A DNA stretch of 64,000 nt from Blastocatellia bacterium (GCA_963765495.1 CAVXWP010000001.1:384001-448000), one strand, 5' to 3'; counted from the stretch's first letter, positions 1 to 10,216 are shown. A program made the numbers and translations. Notes: a model not told the origin generated them from the sequence alone.

Positions 1-339
1 GAGCGTCCGGCTGCCGAAGATGCCGAGCAACAGGGTGGCGAAAAGGAAGAAGGAGACGCGGGCAAGCTTGGAATCTTTCCCCAGACAGTCTCTCCTGAAA
101 TCGCTCGCCAGTTGAAACTGCGGATAAAATCGGGCGTGGTGATTCAAAACGTCCAGCCCGGCAGCCCTGCATCGGAAGCAGGTTTGCAACAGGGTGATGT
201 GATCCACCGTGTAAACAGCACCGAGATCACAAACAACCAGGATCTGGTCAACGCATTGAAGACGCCCAATAAGGAAGTGGTCTTGCAGATCGAACGCGAC
301 GGGCGGCTGACATTTGTGACTGTGTCGGTTGAAGATTAA
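1..339 (+). CDS. C-terminal PDZ domain of an HtrA/DegP-like serine protease (5'-truncated by window edge)
   Basis: GVVIQNVQPGSPASEAGLQQGDVIHRVN...LQIERDG is a typical DegP PDZ2 sequence; the reading frame is open upstream of the listed ORF. Confidence 0.8.
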   Translation, partial: ERPAAEDAEQQGGEKEEGDAGKLGIFPQTVSPEIARQLKLRIKSGVVIQNVQPGSPASEAGLQQGDVIHRVNSTEITNNQDLVNALKTPNKEVVLQIERDGRLTFVTVSVED

Positions 340-369
340 GCAAACAAAGATGAATCACGTTGTTTGGTG

Positions 370-400
370 AAAGGCGGCCTTAAATTGGCCGCCTTTTTTT
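370..400 (+). terminator. Rho-independent terminator, probably bidirectional
   Basis: AAAGGCGGCC-ttaaatt-GGCCGCCTTT followed by a T tract, between convergent genes. Confidence 0.85.
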
Positions 401-437
401 ACGCCCTCTTTTTATGTTCTGTGCGAACGCGACGATT

Positions 438-812
438 TTATTTGAATTTGAGGCCGCAATTCAGGCATTGGTTTTGATCTTTGATCAGCAAAAAGAAGAG
501 AGAAAAGAGACAGATGACGAAGAAACCGACTACGGTCAAAATTATGGCCCAGGGTGGAATGCCGCCCTTGATAACGCTTGTCGAGCCGCAACGCGGACAC
601 ATGATCTGGCCCGGGACGGACATCATCTGCGGTTGTGGCTGCTGGTAGCTTGCCGGCGGGTTATAAGTGCCGTAAGAGGCGTCCTCAGGCGGAGGCACCG
701 AAGGGATATAGCCGGAAGGTGGTCTCTGCTCTTCGCTTGCGAGCGGCGTTGAGCAGTACCGGCAAAAATTGGAATCCTCGCGGTTCTCAGCCCCGCATCT
801 TTTGCACTTCAT
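438..812 (-). CDS. Zinc-ribbon plus LITAF-like membrane protein
   Basis: N-terminal CxxC...CxxC ribbon, Pro/Gln-rich linker, then CPRCG - hydrophobic stretch - CLNCG; upstream GGAG RBS. Confidence 0.75.
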   Translation of the reverse strand: MKCKRCGAENREDSNFCRYCSTPLASEEQRPPSGYIPSVPPPEDASYGTYNPPASYQQPQPQMMSVPGQIMCPRCGSTSVIKGGIPPWAIILTVVGFFVICLFSLFFLLIKDQNQCLNCGLKFK

Positions 813-967
813 AAAGCTCTCCTGAATGATCCACGTGTTTTGTAGAGACCACAGCAGACTAATGCCGGAGACTCGATTGTGTCAACGACTCGCAGGCGCG
901 CTGTGAATCCGAGATTTGAGATTTGAGGTTTGAAATCCGAGATAACCGGCTAAACTCTATTCACGTC

Positions 968-976
968 TGGTATAAT
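968..976 (+). promoter_or_regulatory. Extended -10 promoter (TGgTATAAT)
   Basis: TGGTATAAT ends 14 nt before the ATG at 991. Confidence 0.55.
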
Positions 977-990
977 CGTATCCGGTAATT

Positions 991-2223
991 ATGGAGAAGA
1001 TGAGGATTCGACCGGGATATCTTCCCTACATGCTTTCAGCCGCTGTGCTGTTGACGGCCGGTTCGGCCCTGCTCAAAAACGGGGCGCTCGTGCCCGCGCT
1101 CGGGTGTTGGGCGCTGCTCGTGCCTCTGGGTCTGGCTGCGGCCCTCGACTACATAGAATTTGACGGAGAGGTGATCAGACACAAAGGGCCGCTCGCTTTT
1201 CTGATGGCCAATCTCGCAAACGTCCGCCGAGAGATTCCCATCTCAGAGGTGGAAACCATCACTACTGAAACAAGCAGCCTCGGCCTTGCCAGCGGCGAGG
1301 CGCGAATGAGCTATCACACGCGAATCAGCGGAGCGGGTGTCGAGATAATAATTCGCTCGCGCCGCTCCGGGTATGTTCCCTTCATAAGGGCGCTCTTTAA
1401 GGCGGCAGGCCCCGACAAACTCGATCCTCGATCATTCGAGCTTTTCGAGTACTTCGAATCTCGCGGCGCGCTCAAGAATACGCCTGTCCTCAGAAGCGAA
1501 ATAGCCGTCCTGCCCGTGCCGCTGCTGCGTCGCATAGCCAATTCGCTCAGACTTGCCGGTAGGCTCACGCAGGCGTCCAGCTATTTTCGAATCGCTTATG
1601 AAAAAGAGCCGCGCAATCCCGAATTGCTTTACGAAATGTCGCGCTTTTTTCATTCGTCGGCTCAGACCGAAGACACGCGATTGATTCAGAGGTCGGATGC
1701 GTGTCTTCGTCTGGCCTCGCGGCTGGCAGGTACGGAGCCGGGTCTGCTTGAGAGAATCGGTGAGGCTTTTTTTGAGCGCCTCGATTACAAGCGGGCAAGC
1801 GATTGCTTTCGGCGTGCTCTGGCCGTCGAACCGGGCCGCTTCCGCGCAAATGTAGGTCTGGCCGAAATCGCGCTGCGAGACGGAAAACTTGCGCACGTCG
1901 CGCACTTTTACAACGCGGCGGCGGCAAGCGAAGACGGGGCGCTCTCCAGGCTTGCGGCACGCGAAGCCCGCTATTACGAGCGTCTTGTCCGAGACGACGA
2001 TTTTCTCGAATCCGAGCTTCGCCGCATTCGCATAGCAAATCAGATTCGCTGGCTCAGACGGCTTTCGGCGCTGACATTCTTTGGAGCGTGGCTTGTGGGC
2101 GGACTTGCGGGCCGCCTTCATTTTGTGTTCGAGCAGTTCGGCTGGGCATTGATGGCTTCAAGCGGGCTTGCCTGGTGCGTAGCCGCTATCGCCTTGCGCT
2201 ACCTGCTCAGACGTAATACCTGA
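991..2223 (+). CDS. Membrane-anchored TPR protein
   Basis: Two N-terminal and two C-terminal hydrophobic helices around a PH-like segment and TPR-like repeats (ASSYFRIAYEKEPRN, ASDCFRRALAVEPG). Confidence 0.75.
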   Translation: MEKMRIRPGYLPYMLSAAVLLTAGSALLKNGALVPALGCWALLVPLGLAAALDYIEFDGEVIRHKGPLAFLMANLANVRREIPISEVETITTETSSLGLASGEARMSYHTRISGAGVEIIIRSRRSGYVPFIRALFKAAGPDKLDPRSFELFEYFESRGALKNTPVLRSEIAVLPVPLLRRIANSLRLAGRLTQASSYFRIAYEKEPRNPELLYEMSRFFHSSAQTEDTRLIQRSDACLRLASRLAGTEPGLLERIGEAFFERLDYKRASDCFRRALAVEPGRFRANVGLAEIALRDGKLAHVAHFYNAAAASEDGALSRLAAREARYYERLVRDDDFLESELRRIRIANQIRWLRRLSALTFFGAWLVGGLAGRLHFVFEQFGWALMASSGLAWCVAAIALRYLLRRNT

Positions 2224-2268
2224 CGATTGATCCGAGCCGCGCAGGACTGATCACAACGCGGAATTGCC

Positions 2269-4557
2269 TTACGGTAAGAACTCTTTCACCTTTGCCAGCA
2301 CCGCGTTTATCTCGTCTAACTCCTTCTCAATATCTTCGGTCTCCTTGTCGCCCTCGTCATAACCGAGATTGGTCAGCACCCGGTTGGCCTGTTCGATAAC
2401 ATACCTGTTCAACTGATCCAACTGATCCGCGAATTGAACTCCAAGCTCGGTCACACCTTCAACCAGTTCCCGCTCGATGCTATCAAACATTTTGGCGGCG
2501 CTCTTGCGCGCGTGCGCCTGGATTATGTCGAGCATAGCATCCTTTACGCCTCGGCCCGTCTTTTGTCTGGCGCGGGCGTAAGCCGGCATCATCATCTCTT
2601 CAATCGTCTTGACTATGGACGAGGCCAGATCGCGCCGAACGCGATCAATCGTTTGCTTGAGCGCCTTCATGACTTCGTCTACCTGAACGCGCAGGTTGCG
2701 GCGTGATATTTCGATATCGCTTTCGATCTGGTCGAGCGTAGCCCGGTCAAACCCACCCGAGGCGCGTGCTTCGGCTTCCAGCCGCACCATAAATATCTCG
2801 TTGCGGCTGCCGAGTTGTTCACATAATTCCGCCAGCATAGTGTCGAGGTTATTGCCGAAAAAGTCGTCCCAGACAAAGATTATCGCCTCAAGCACGGGCT
2901 GAGCGATGTCGGCATTCAGGTTATGGCGCTTGCCTGTCGAAGGACTGTTGAATTTACCGTCGCGGGCGATGATTGCCTTCAGGGTCTGCCCGTTCAACTG
3001 CGACCAGTCGGCAAGCTGTAATTCCACGCCTCGAACGGCCTGACCTACGGCGATCTTTAGCCGTTCTTCAAAGGTTCTTTGCCGCAGGCGAAAGCTCCCT
3101 TCCGTGTGATGGCGAACTCGCTGAAGTTCGCGGTTGAGCACCTGACGCAGACCCTGAAGCCGGGCGCGCATCTGCCCGAGGTTCTTGCTTATTTCGCCGC
3201 GCCGGTCTTCGAGCAAACGGCGGCGCGCATCGAGCGAATGGCTCACCTCTTCAAGCAACAGATCAACCTTGCGTTCGAGGTTTACGACGTGTGACCACGG
3301 CCCTTCATCGCCGCACGCGGATTTCAGATAGTCGAGCAACTCGGGCAACCCCGTGTCTGCGGCCTCAGGGATGCCGTAGTCTCTGAGATGAGCACCTATC
3401 CCGCGAATCTTCATATAAGCAGGGGCAGAAACGCTGAATATGCGCGTGCGCCCGAGTGTCTGCCTCAGACGCAAAAGCATCGGCCCGTCGGTTTCGGTCT
3501 GCTCGGCCAGTTCGATGGCGATTTCGTCGAGGTCGCGCCGGACGTTTTCGATGACTCGTTCGTTGCGTTTGCGAACGATGTCAACGATCTCGAAATTTTC
3601 TGCCAGGCCAAAGCCTTCCACCTCGCTGTCATTGAAGCTGTCTGCGTGTGTGCCGACAAAAGCCAGCGCGTTGACCTTGCCGTCCAGAAGAAGCTGCTGC
3701 AAGAGGCGTTGTTCGAGCAGGAGCATGCGGATGTCTCTGGTCAACCCCCGGCTAAAGACGACCCAGATGAAAGGCGCGTCTCTGAGGTATTTGCGAGTAA
3801 TCTCTTCGCGGGCTTCGTTGGGATCATTGATGCCGGGAAGGTCTATGAGGATTGCGCCGCCCGAAAGCGCCTCGAACGGCCCGAATATATTGACGTATTT
3901 TACAAGCGGCCAGTAACGGCCCTCGCCGCTCAGAAAATCGGTCAATAGCAAGCGAAATGCTGCCGGGTCGTCGCGCTCAAGGATAAGCGGGCGAGCGCCC
4001 TCCTGCATGTAGGCCAGCACCTCTTCGGGCAGGCTCAGGGAGTCGAAATTTATGCGATCTCTCAGGGAAAATTCGTGGGCGTGATAGACGGCGCGCAGTT
4101 TGTCGCGTGTGGCTTTGGGCAACGAGCGCCACTCGCCCGCGCCGGTTGTTTCCTCTTCATCGCCGTTCGTATCTCTGAAAAACTCCGAAGCGCGGAGTTC
4201 GGATTCCCACTCGGCGCGAGTCAGAAAATGCACGTGCGCCTGATAGGCTTTATTTGGGGCGAAGCGAACAGTTGTGATTACGGCCGTGCAGGCGACTATG
4301 GAACTCGTCGGCAGAACCTGCGCCCCCAGGAGCGCGTTTAACAGCGTGGATTTGCCCGCCCCCGTAGGCCCTACCATCGCTATCGGGGTCTGTGGGAACT
4401 CTTCTATCTCTCGCTCAATCTTGTTCAGACGCTCGCGCCATGACCTGACTTCCGCCTCGCGTCTGCCACGAACCAGCCGCGACAACCCATCCGCAAACCA
4501 GACTTCGAGTTCGTGCAGCCGCTCGAACAGGGCTATGACCGGGTCTTTTTTCACCAT
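2269..4557 (-). CDS. Dynamin-like GTPase (Dynamin_N domain plus helical stalk)
   Basis: G1 GPTGAGKST, G2 ACTA, G3 DLPG, G4-like THAD; long coiled-coil C-terminus. Confidence 0.85.
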   Translation of the reverse strand: MVKKDPVIALFERLHELEVWFADGLSRLVRGRREAEVRSWRERLNKIEREIEEFPQTPIAMVGPTGAGKSTLLNALLGAQVLPTSSIVACTAVITTVRFAPNKAYQAHVHFLTRAEWESELRASEFFRDTNGDEEETTGAGEWRSLPKATRDKLRAVYHAHEFSLRDRINFDSLSLPEEVLAYMQEGARPLILERDDPAAFRLLLTDFLSGEGRYWPLVKYVNIFGPFEALSGGAILIDLPGINDPNEAREEITRKYLRDAPFIWVVFSRGLTRDIRMLLLEQRLLQQLLLDGKVNALAFVGTHADSFNDSEVEGFGLAENFEIVDIVRKRNERVIENVRRDLDEIAIELAEQTETDGPMLLRLRQTLGRTRIFSVSAPAYMKIRGIGAHLRDYGIPEAADTGLPELLDYLKSACGDEGPWSHVVNLERKVDLLLEEVSHSLDARRRLLEDRRGEISKNLGQMRARLQGLRQVLNRELQRVRHHTEGSFRLRQRTFEERLKIAVGQAVRGVELQLADWSQLNGQTLKAIIARDGKFNSPSTGKRHNLNADIAQPVLEAIIFVWDDFFGNNLDTMLAELCEQLGSRNEIFMVRLEAEARASGGFDRATLDQIESDIEISRRNLRVQVDEVMKALKQTIDRVRRDLASSIVKTIEEMMMPAYARARQKTGRGVKDAMLDIIQAHARKSAAKMFDSIERELVEGVTELGVQFADQLDQLNRYVIEQANRVLTNLGYDEGDKETEDIEKELDEINAVLAKVKEFLP

Positions 4558-4600
4558 TCAGATTTCTCCTATCGAGAGGCCATTATACAAGTTCCGGCAA

Positions 4601-4711
4601 TAATGCGTGATGCGTGATGCGCGATTTGTAAATCAGCAGATTTGTAAACCGTCTTTAAGAGGCACTCCGGCTAAAAGTCACGCATCACGTATCGCGCATC
4701 ACGCATCACGC
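4601..4711. repeat. Heptamer-arm inverted-repeat element, copy 1
   Basis: (TGATGCG)n left arm, (TCACGCA)n right arm, ~55-bp spacer. Confidence 0.85.
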
Positions 4712-4779
4712 TTTGCGGTTGCACATTTATTGTGCATCGTGCGAGGATAGTGCTTAAATTTGCCCAGCGAGGTATAGGA

Positions 4780-5199
4780 ATGTCAGCCGAGCCGCCTTCG
4801 GTATTGCTGGTTGAAGATAATCAGGATACGCGCAAAATGCTTGAGCACCTTTTTGAAGAATGGGGTTATCGCGCGACGATGGCTGGCACTGCAATCGAAG
4901 GATTAAAACGCGTCTTTGAGCGCAGGTTCGATATTATCATCCTCGACGACTGGCTGCCCGACCTTGACGGGATAGAGCTTTGCCGCCAGATGCGGGAGGT
5001 AGACGATCAGACTCCTATCATCTTCTTTTCGGCGGCCGGTATGGGGAGCGAAGACAGCCGGGCATTTGCCGCAGGCGCCAATGCTTATATCCATAAGGGA
5101 ACGGGGCTTGGCTTGCTGCGCGAGGCGATGACTAAAGTCCTGAGCAAGAATAATCGCCAGCCCTCTGACAATCTCCGGCTTCCCACAACTGACGATTAA
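4780..5199 (+). CDS. Single-domain response regulator (CheY-like)
   Basis: VLLVEDN, DIIILDDWLPDLDG, PIIFFSA, GANAYIHK; start placed at ATG 4780. Confidence 0.9.
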   Translation: MSAEPPSVLLVEDNQDTRKMLEHLFEEWGYRATMAGTAIEGLKRVFERRFDIIILDDWLPDLDGIELCRQMREVDDQTPIIFFSAAGMGSEDSRAFAAGANAYIHKGTGLGLLREAMTKVLSKNNRQPSDNLRLPTTDD

Positions 5200-5310
5200 T
5201 TGGATTTAATCCAAAAAAGTAGTAACCGGCCTGCACTTTTGGCGGTATATATGCACTTGAAGCGGTTTTCTCATAATCAAACCAACAACTGAACTCACCC
5301 GGAGGTAAAA

Positions 5311-6963
5311 ATGAAGAAACGATATACGACCGTTTTCCTGCTGGTATTGAGCCTCTTAATATCCGGCGTTGCGGCCACGGCGCAGGCCCAACAGGAGAAA
5401 GTGGATCTTGAGGCGATTGCCAAAATCAAAGAGGAAGGCGACAAAAATTCTCAGGTCATGGATATTCTCAGCTACATGACCGATGTCTACGGGCCCAGGC
5501 TTACCGGCTCTCCCCAACTCAAAGAAGCGCAGGAATGGGCGAAGAGTACCTTAGCCAAGTGGGGGCTTGAAAACGCGCATCTGGAAGCCTGGGGGCCGTT
5601 TGGACGCGGGTGGTCGCTGGAAGGGTTTTCAGCTAACGTAACCGAACCGCATTTCACACCCCTGATCGCTTATCCGAAAGCGTGGTCTCCGAGCACGAAC
5701 GGCGCGGTTCGCGGTCGCGTCGTCTATCTTGATGCAAAAAACGAAGCCGACCTCGAAAAGTATAAAGGCAAGCTCAAAGGCGCAATCGTTTTGATCGCTT
5801 CGCCGCGCGAAGTAAAGGCGCACTTTGACCCGCAGGGAACGCGCAGGGACGACGCAAATCTGTTGAAGCTCGCGGATGCCGACATGCCTGCGGGCGGCGA
5901 TCAGAGACGCCGTTTCCAGATGAGTGACGAACAGAGGGCGGCCTTCGCGCTCGCAAACAAGAAGATGATGATGGCCAACGAGGAAGGCGCAGCCGTCGTG
6001 CTTGAGCCGGGACCGGGCGATGGCGGAACAATCTTTGTCAGCGCGGCAAGCATTCCCGCCTCAGGCGAGACGAACCCCTTCAACAGACCTCGCCCGTGGG
6101 CTACGGACGCGCCAAAGTTCTCGCCCCAGGTGGTCGTGGCCGCCGAACATTACAACCGCATCGTGCGGATGATAGAAAAGGGCGTGCCCGTTCAGATGGA
6201 AGTCAACATCAGCAGCAAGTACTATGATAAGGATTTGATGAACTACAACGTGATTGCCGAGATACCGGGCACAGACCTGAAAGACGAAATCGTCATGCTT
6301 GGCGGTCACTACGATTCTTGGCACGCGGGCACAGGAGCTACAGACAACGGCGCAGGTTCAGCCGTGGCAATGGAAGCCGTGCGTATAATCAAATCTCTCG
6401 GCCTCAAACCGCGCCGCACGATCCGCATAGCTCTGTGGAGCGGTGAAGAGCAGGGGCTTCTCGGGTCGCGGGCCTATGTCGCCGAGCATTTCGGCAAGCG
6501 GGTGGATCAGAGAGGCCAGAACGCCCCTGATACAAATCCGCAATTCGAACTCACGCCCGAATGGAAGAAGCTGGTCGCTTACTTCAATCTCGATAACGGC
6601 ACGGGCAAGATTCGCGGCGTCTACATGCAGAGCAACGAAGAAGTGCGCCCGATCTTTAGGGCGTGGCTCGCTCCGTTCAAAGATATGGGCGCGACCACGT
6701 TGACGCTTGCCAATACGGGCGGAACCGACCACCTCAGTTTCGATGCCGTAGGCTTGCCCGGGTTCCAGTTCATACAGGACGAGATCGAGTACGGCAGCCG
6801 CACTCACCACTCGAACATGGATGTTTACGACCGCATACAGCCGGACGACATGAAGCAGGCGGCCACCATCATGGCGGCCTTTGTTTACAACGCGGCCATG
6901 CGCGACGACAAGTTGCCGCGCAAGCCTCTGCCCGGTCAGCCCGAAGCCCGCTCCGGGAACTAA
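5311..6963 (+). CDS. Secreted M28 family metallo-aminopeptidase / carboxypeptidase Q-like
   Basis: Signal peptide, [30 protein letters not shown] zinc ligands; GGAGG RBS. Confidence 0.92.
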   Translation: MKKRYTTVFLLVLSLLISGVAATAQAQQEKVDLEAIAKIKEEGDKNSQVMDILSYMTDVYGPRLTGSPQLKEAQEWAKSTLAKWGLENAHLEAWGPFGRGWSLEGFSANVTEPHFTPLIAYPKAWSPSTNGAVRGRVVYLDAKNEADLEKYKGKLKGAIVLIASPREVKAHFDPQGTRRDDANLLKLADADMPAGGDQRRRFQMSDEQRAAFALANKKMMMANEEGAAVVLEPGPGDGGTIFVSAASIPASGETNPFNRPRPWATDAPKFSPQVVVAAEHYNRIVRMIEKGVPVQMEVNISSKYYDKDLMNYNVIAEIPGTDLKDEIVMLGGHYDSWHAGTGATDNGAGSAVAMEAVRIIKSLGLKPRRTIRIALWSGEEQGLLGSRAYVAEHFGKRVDQRGQNAPDTNPQFELTPEWKKLVAYFNLDNGTGKIRGVYMQSNEEVRPIFRAWLAPFKDMGATTLTLANTGGTDHLSFDAVGLPGFQFIQDEIEYGSRTHHSNMDVYDRIQPDDMKQAATIMAAFVYNAAMRDDKLPRKPLPGQPEARSGN

Positions 6964-6964
6964 A

Positions 6965-7058
6965 GTGATGCGTGATGCGTGATTTACAAGTCTTGCAAAT
7001 ACTCTTTTTACAGGCAGGCTCTTGATAATCACGCATCACTCTTCACTCTTCACGCATC
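6965..7058. repeat. Heptamer-arm inverted-repeat element, copy 2
   Basis: GTGATGCGTGATGCGTGA...TCACGCATCAC; the right arm overlaps the stop codon of the 7043..7918 gene. Confidence 0.8.
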
Positions 7059-7918
7059 GTGCTCTTGCGCCGCGCGGCCCGCAGGAACTGATCATCGAAT
7101 CTTCTAGCAAAAGGAATAAATCGGTGCTTCTCTTTGAAAGCTTCGGTCTCGCGCATCGCGTTGAATCCGCAACCTGTGATAATGCGATCAGCCGAAGGGA
7201 AAAAAATCGACGCAGGGTAAAAATCGAGATGCGCGATTCCTGAACGCAACTCCTCGGGTCGCTCGGGCGAGATCAGAACTATTTTTGGATTGCCCCCCTC
7301 TATCCGGCTCATCTCTTCGCCGTAGGCGATAAGCTCCGCTATCTCTTCTTCCGGCCCCGAGTGAACCACTAACCAGACGGGGCGGCCCTCGCTTCTCAAT
7401 TCTTCGATTATCTTTCCGGCTTTCCTGCTCACGCTTCGATCAGGTTCGCCGAGCGTCAACGGCGATATTTTATTTGAATGGGTGTGAAGGAACTCCGCGT
7501 GGGACGCGGCCAGCGGCTCAAGCATCCACGTATGGCGAAAAGTCGGAGGCTTGCCCGCAAGCAGTTTCGCGTACTCCGGCCATCGAAGAAGACGCGCTAT
7601 GTGATAAATTCCGGTGTTGTCGGGAAAAGAAAAATCGCAGAACTCGCCGATTATACCTGCGGGGAAAGTATCTATAAAAACAGCCGAGGGGCGAGTGCGC
7701 GAAAAGACTTCCGTGAGCCACGCCCTGTAAAGCGGCGGGGCAGAAGCCATCTCAAAGGGAACCGCGATAACACCCGTGCCGCCCGTAACGCGCCTGTCTC
7801 TGCCAAAGGAAGAGGCCGTCATAATGGCGGTCTCTTCGCCTGCGGCCAAAGCATTGAGCACAGCGCGAGCGCGGGTCAGATGGCCTAGCCCACCTCCCTG
7901 TGCGTAATAGAGAATCAT
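7043..7918 (-). CDS. GT-B fold glycosyltransferase-like protein (GT28/GT1-like)
   Basis: YAQGGGLGHLTRA N-terminal motif, IDTFPAG, ITGCGFN, DDQFLRA. Confidence 0.7.
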   Translation of the reverse strand: MILYYAQGGGLGHLTRARAVLNALAAGEETAIMTASSFGRDRRVTGGTGVIAVPFEMASAPPLYRAWLTEVFSRTRPSAVFIDTFPAGIIGEFCDFSFPDNTGIYHIARLLRWPEYAKLLAGKPPTFRHTWMLEPLAASHAEFLHTHSNKISPLTLGEPDRSVSRKAGKIIEELRSEGRPVWLVVHSGPEEEIAELIAYGEEMSRIEGGNPKIVLISPERPEELRSGIAHLDFYPASIFFPSADRIITGCGFNAMRETEAFKEKHRFIPFARRFDDQFLRAARRKSTMREE

Positions 7919-8610
7919 CGGCCTCGCGTGAGGATTTCGGCCATGATGATGTAGCGTTCCATCTCTGGAATCTTATCCATAAGCATCACGCCGTAAAGCG
8001 ACGAATAACGGTCGGTGTTGATGTCGTAGAGTTCGGCTTCGGACGTGTTTTTGACTTTGACCTTTCCACGGTCTCGATAGAAATTGACCTTGCCGATCTC
8101 CGTTGTGTCGCGCAGTACTTTCACGCGATCAGGAGTCTTTGTCTCAAGCACAAAGGGATTTGCGCCTTCTTCATTGTCGCTGATCTTGATCTTGTCTACG
8201 GCGAGCTTGACCTTCCACAGCAGCTTGCCGTCATTGTTTCTGACCTTGAAACCTCTCTCGCCCTCTTTGACTTCGGCAAACTGGCCGCTGCCTTCGATCA
8301 CGTATTTGCGCTTGCCGGTCTCTTTCGATTCGCCTTTGAGCACCCTTGTCTGACCGTTGGATGTGAATTCGATTCGCATGTCCTGGCCCTGCGGTTCGAA
8401 TTCGACTACGGGTTTATCGTCGGGAGTCTTGACCTTGATCTTTCCAGAGGCCGCCGCGCCGGTTGTAGTCGAGGCGCTGGTATCTTTTCTGGCGCTGTTT
8501 GTATTGGCCGCGCCCTCGGGCGCTTTTTCAGAAGCCGCCTCGTGGCAGGCCCCCGTTGCCACAAGGATTATTAAAGAGAGGATATAGAAAAGCGTGATTC
8601 TGGTTTTCAT
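7915..8610 (-). CDS. Hypothetical lipoprotein, beta-rich and Lys-rich
   Basis: Signal peptide with lipobox ATGAC, low-complexity linker; 4-nt overlaps with both neighbours. Confidence 0.75.
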   Translation of the reverse strand: MKTRITLFYILSLIILVATGACHEAASEKAPEGAANTNSARKDTSASTTTGAAASGKIKVKTPDDKPVVEFEPQGQDMRIEFTSNGQTRVLKGESKETGKRKYVIEGSGQFAEVKEGERGFKVRNNDGKLLWKVKLAVDKIKISDNEEGANPFVLETKTPDRVKVLRDTTEIGKVNFYRDRGKVKVKNTSEAELYDINTDRYSSLYGVMLMDKIPEMERYIIMAEILTRGR

Positions 8611-9836
8611 TGATGTTCTCCTGTAAGCGTTGACGAATCGTTCTCGAAGTATTCTTTAATACCATAACCGGCAAGCGCGCCATCACCCGATTTAAGCGTT
8701 TCCATAAAGAGAGAGAGATAGCGACCGGTCTCGGCGTGGCTGCTCAATTGAGTTTGAACAAGCTGTCGGCAGTTATCGCCAAATCGTTTTAACTCTTCTG
8801 AGGAAGCCCTCGCGGCCTCGTCTATCGCCCGGCGGCACGCGTGACGGTCTCCCGGATAAAAGAGAAAACCGTGACGGTCTTCTTCAAGCACATCGGCCAT
8901 GCCTCCGGCAGTCGAGGCAAGAAGCGGGAGACCGAGACCTGCCGCTTCAAGCAATACATTTGGCAGCCCATCGTAAAACGATGCGATCACGACCAGATCA
9001 CACGCCGGATAATGATTCAACAGGTCGTAGCGGTCTACGAAGGGGTATAGGCTATAGGCGATTTGCGTCTCGTGGCGAGCAAGCCAGTCGAAAATTTCTT
9101 CTTCCAGATCACCTACAAAAAGAAGGTGAAAGTTTTCGGCGTGACCCGATTCGATAAGGGTTTCAAGAAAGAAAAGCCCGCCTTTTTTCTGCTTGATCTG
9201 ACCAAACATGCCAAGCACACGTCGCCCGCCACCTGTCGTCGCCCGCCACCTGTCGGCGCGCGAAAGATGCGAGGGAAGCGGTTCCCACCCGCTCAAATCA
9301 ATCCCGTTTGGAATCCAGACCGGATCTAGCTCTGGAAAGAGCGCCCTGATCTTTGCGGCCTTGTCGCGGCTGACCGCGCAGATGCGCGCCGACCGCTTGA
9401 GCGCCTCTCGCAAAACGTCGCCGCGTTTGGGCGAGAATATCCCTATGTCGAAATCGTTCCCGCGAACAAGGGTGATGAGCGGAAGGCCGAGCCACGCGGC
9501 ATAGACCGGACCGGCAAGCATCGGAAGCACGCCGCCAAAGGCTACGATGTGAGTCAGGGGATTTGCCCCCGCATCGGCCGATATGACGTTCCACAAACAG
9601 TTCATCGCGTGCGCGGGGTCCTGCCCCACAGGACAGGCGATGTAGTTGCCGTTTCTTTTGGCTTCGATTTTTATCTCCTGTTGAGCGTGCGAGAAATGAG
9701 CTACGTCAACGAGAACGCCCGCCTGCCTGAGCGAGTGAACAATGCGGTCGCAGGACTGAGCCATGCCGCCACGGCTCGGATAGTAATTCTCAGTCAACCA
9801 GAGTAAGCGCAAGTTTGGCAGTGAAATGTCAGACAT
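8607..9836 (-). CDS. Glycosyltransferase family 4
   Basis: YYPSRGG, IPNGID, YDGLPNVLLEAAGLGLP (E-x7-E variant with first D). Confidence 0.88.
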   Translation of the reverse strand: MSDISLPNLRLLWLTENYYPSRGGMAQSCDRIVHSLRQAGVLVDVAHFSHAQQEIKIEAKRNGNYIACPVGQDPAHAMNCLWNVISADAGANPLTHIVAFGGVLPMLAGPVYAAWLGLPLITLVRGNDFDIGIFSPKRGDVLREALKRSARICAVSRDKAAKIRALFPELDPVWIPNGIDLSGWEPLPSHLSRADRWRATTGGGRRVLGMFGQIKQKKGGLFFLETLIESGHAENFHLLFVGDLEEEIFDWLARHETQIAYSLYPFVDRYDLLNHYPACDLVVIASFYDGLPNVLLEAAGLGLPLLASTAGGMADVLEEDRHGFLFYPGDRHACRRAIDEAARASSEELKRFGDNCRQLVQTQLSSHAETGRYLSLFMETLKSGDGALAGYGIKEYFENDSSTLTGEHQ

Positions 9837-9848
9837 AAATCAAAGCTG

Positions 9849-10214
9849 TCAGCTATCGAGAAAGCCCGCGCCCTCCTCCTCTCCGTCGTCTATGTAATCG
9901 CCCTCTTTTCTATCGAAGGCGCGAACGTCGTAATCGTCATAATAGCTGTCGTTATAATATCCCGTGTAGAAAGGATAATAATCTGTCCTTGAATAATATC
10001 TGTGCCGGTAAGAATAGGCCCAGTTTGAACCGTATTGATTGTCGTCGAGTTCTTCCTGTCGCCTGGCGTTGCATTCGACACAGACAGGGCCGGTCGGCGG
10101 AAAGAACATATGCTCGGGGCAGACCGCCCGCCCGCAGACCGGGCAGGAATTGGCCGCCATTTTGTCGCAATTGCGGAGCACGAAAAAACCTTTTCTTACA
10201 GCGCATCTTGTCAT
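9849..10214 (-). CDS. Zinc-finger (AN1/B-box-like) protein with Tyr/Asp-rich tail
   Basis: C..C..CPVCGRAVCPEH..CVEC followed by 14 Tyr in about 50 residues; GGAG RBS; 2-nt gap to the upstream gene. Confidence 0.75.
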   Translation of the reverse strand: MTRCAVRKGFFVLRNCDKMAANSCPVCGRAVCPEHMFFPPTGPVCVECNARRQEELDDNQYGSNWAYSYRHRYYSRTDYYPFYTGYYNDSYYDDYDVRAFDRKEGDYIDDGEEEGAGFLDS

Positions 10215-10216
10215 AA

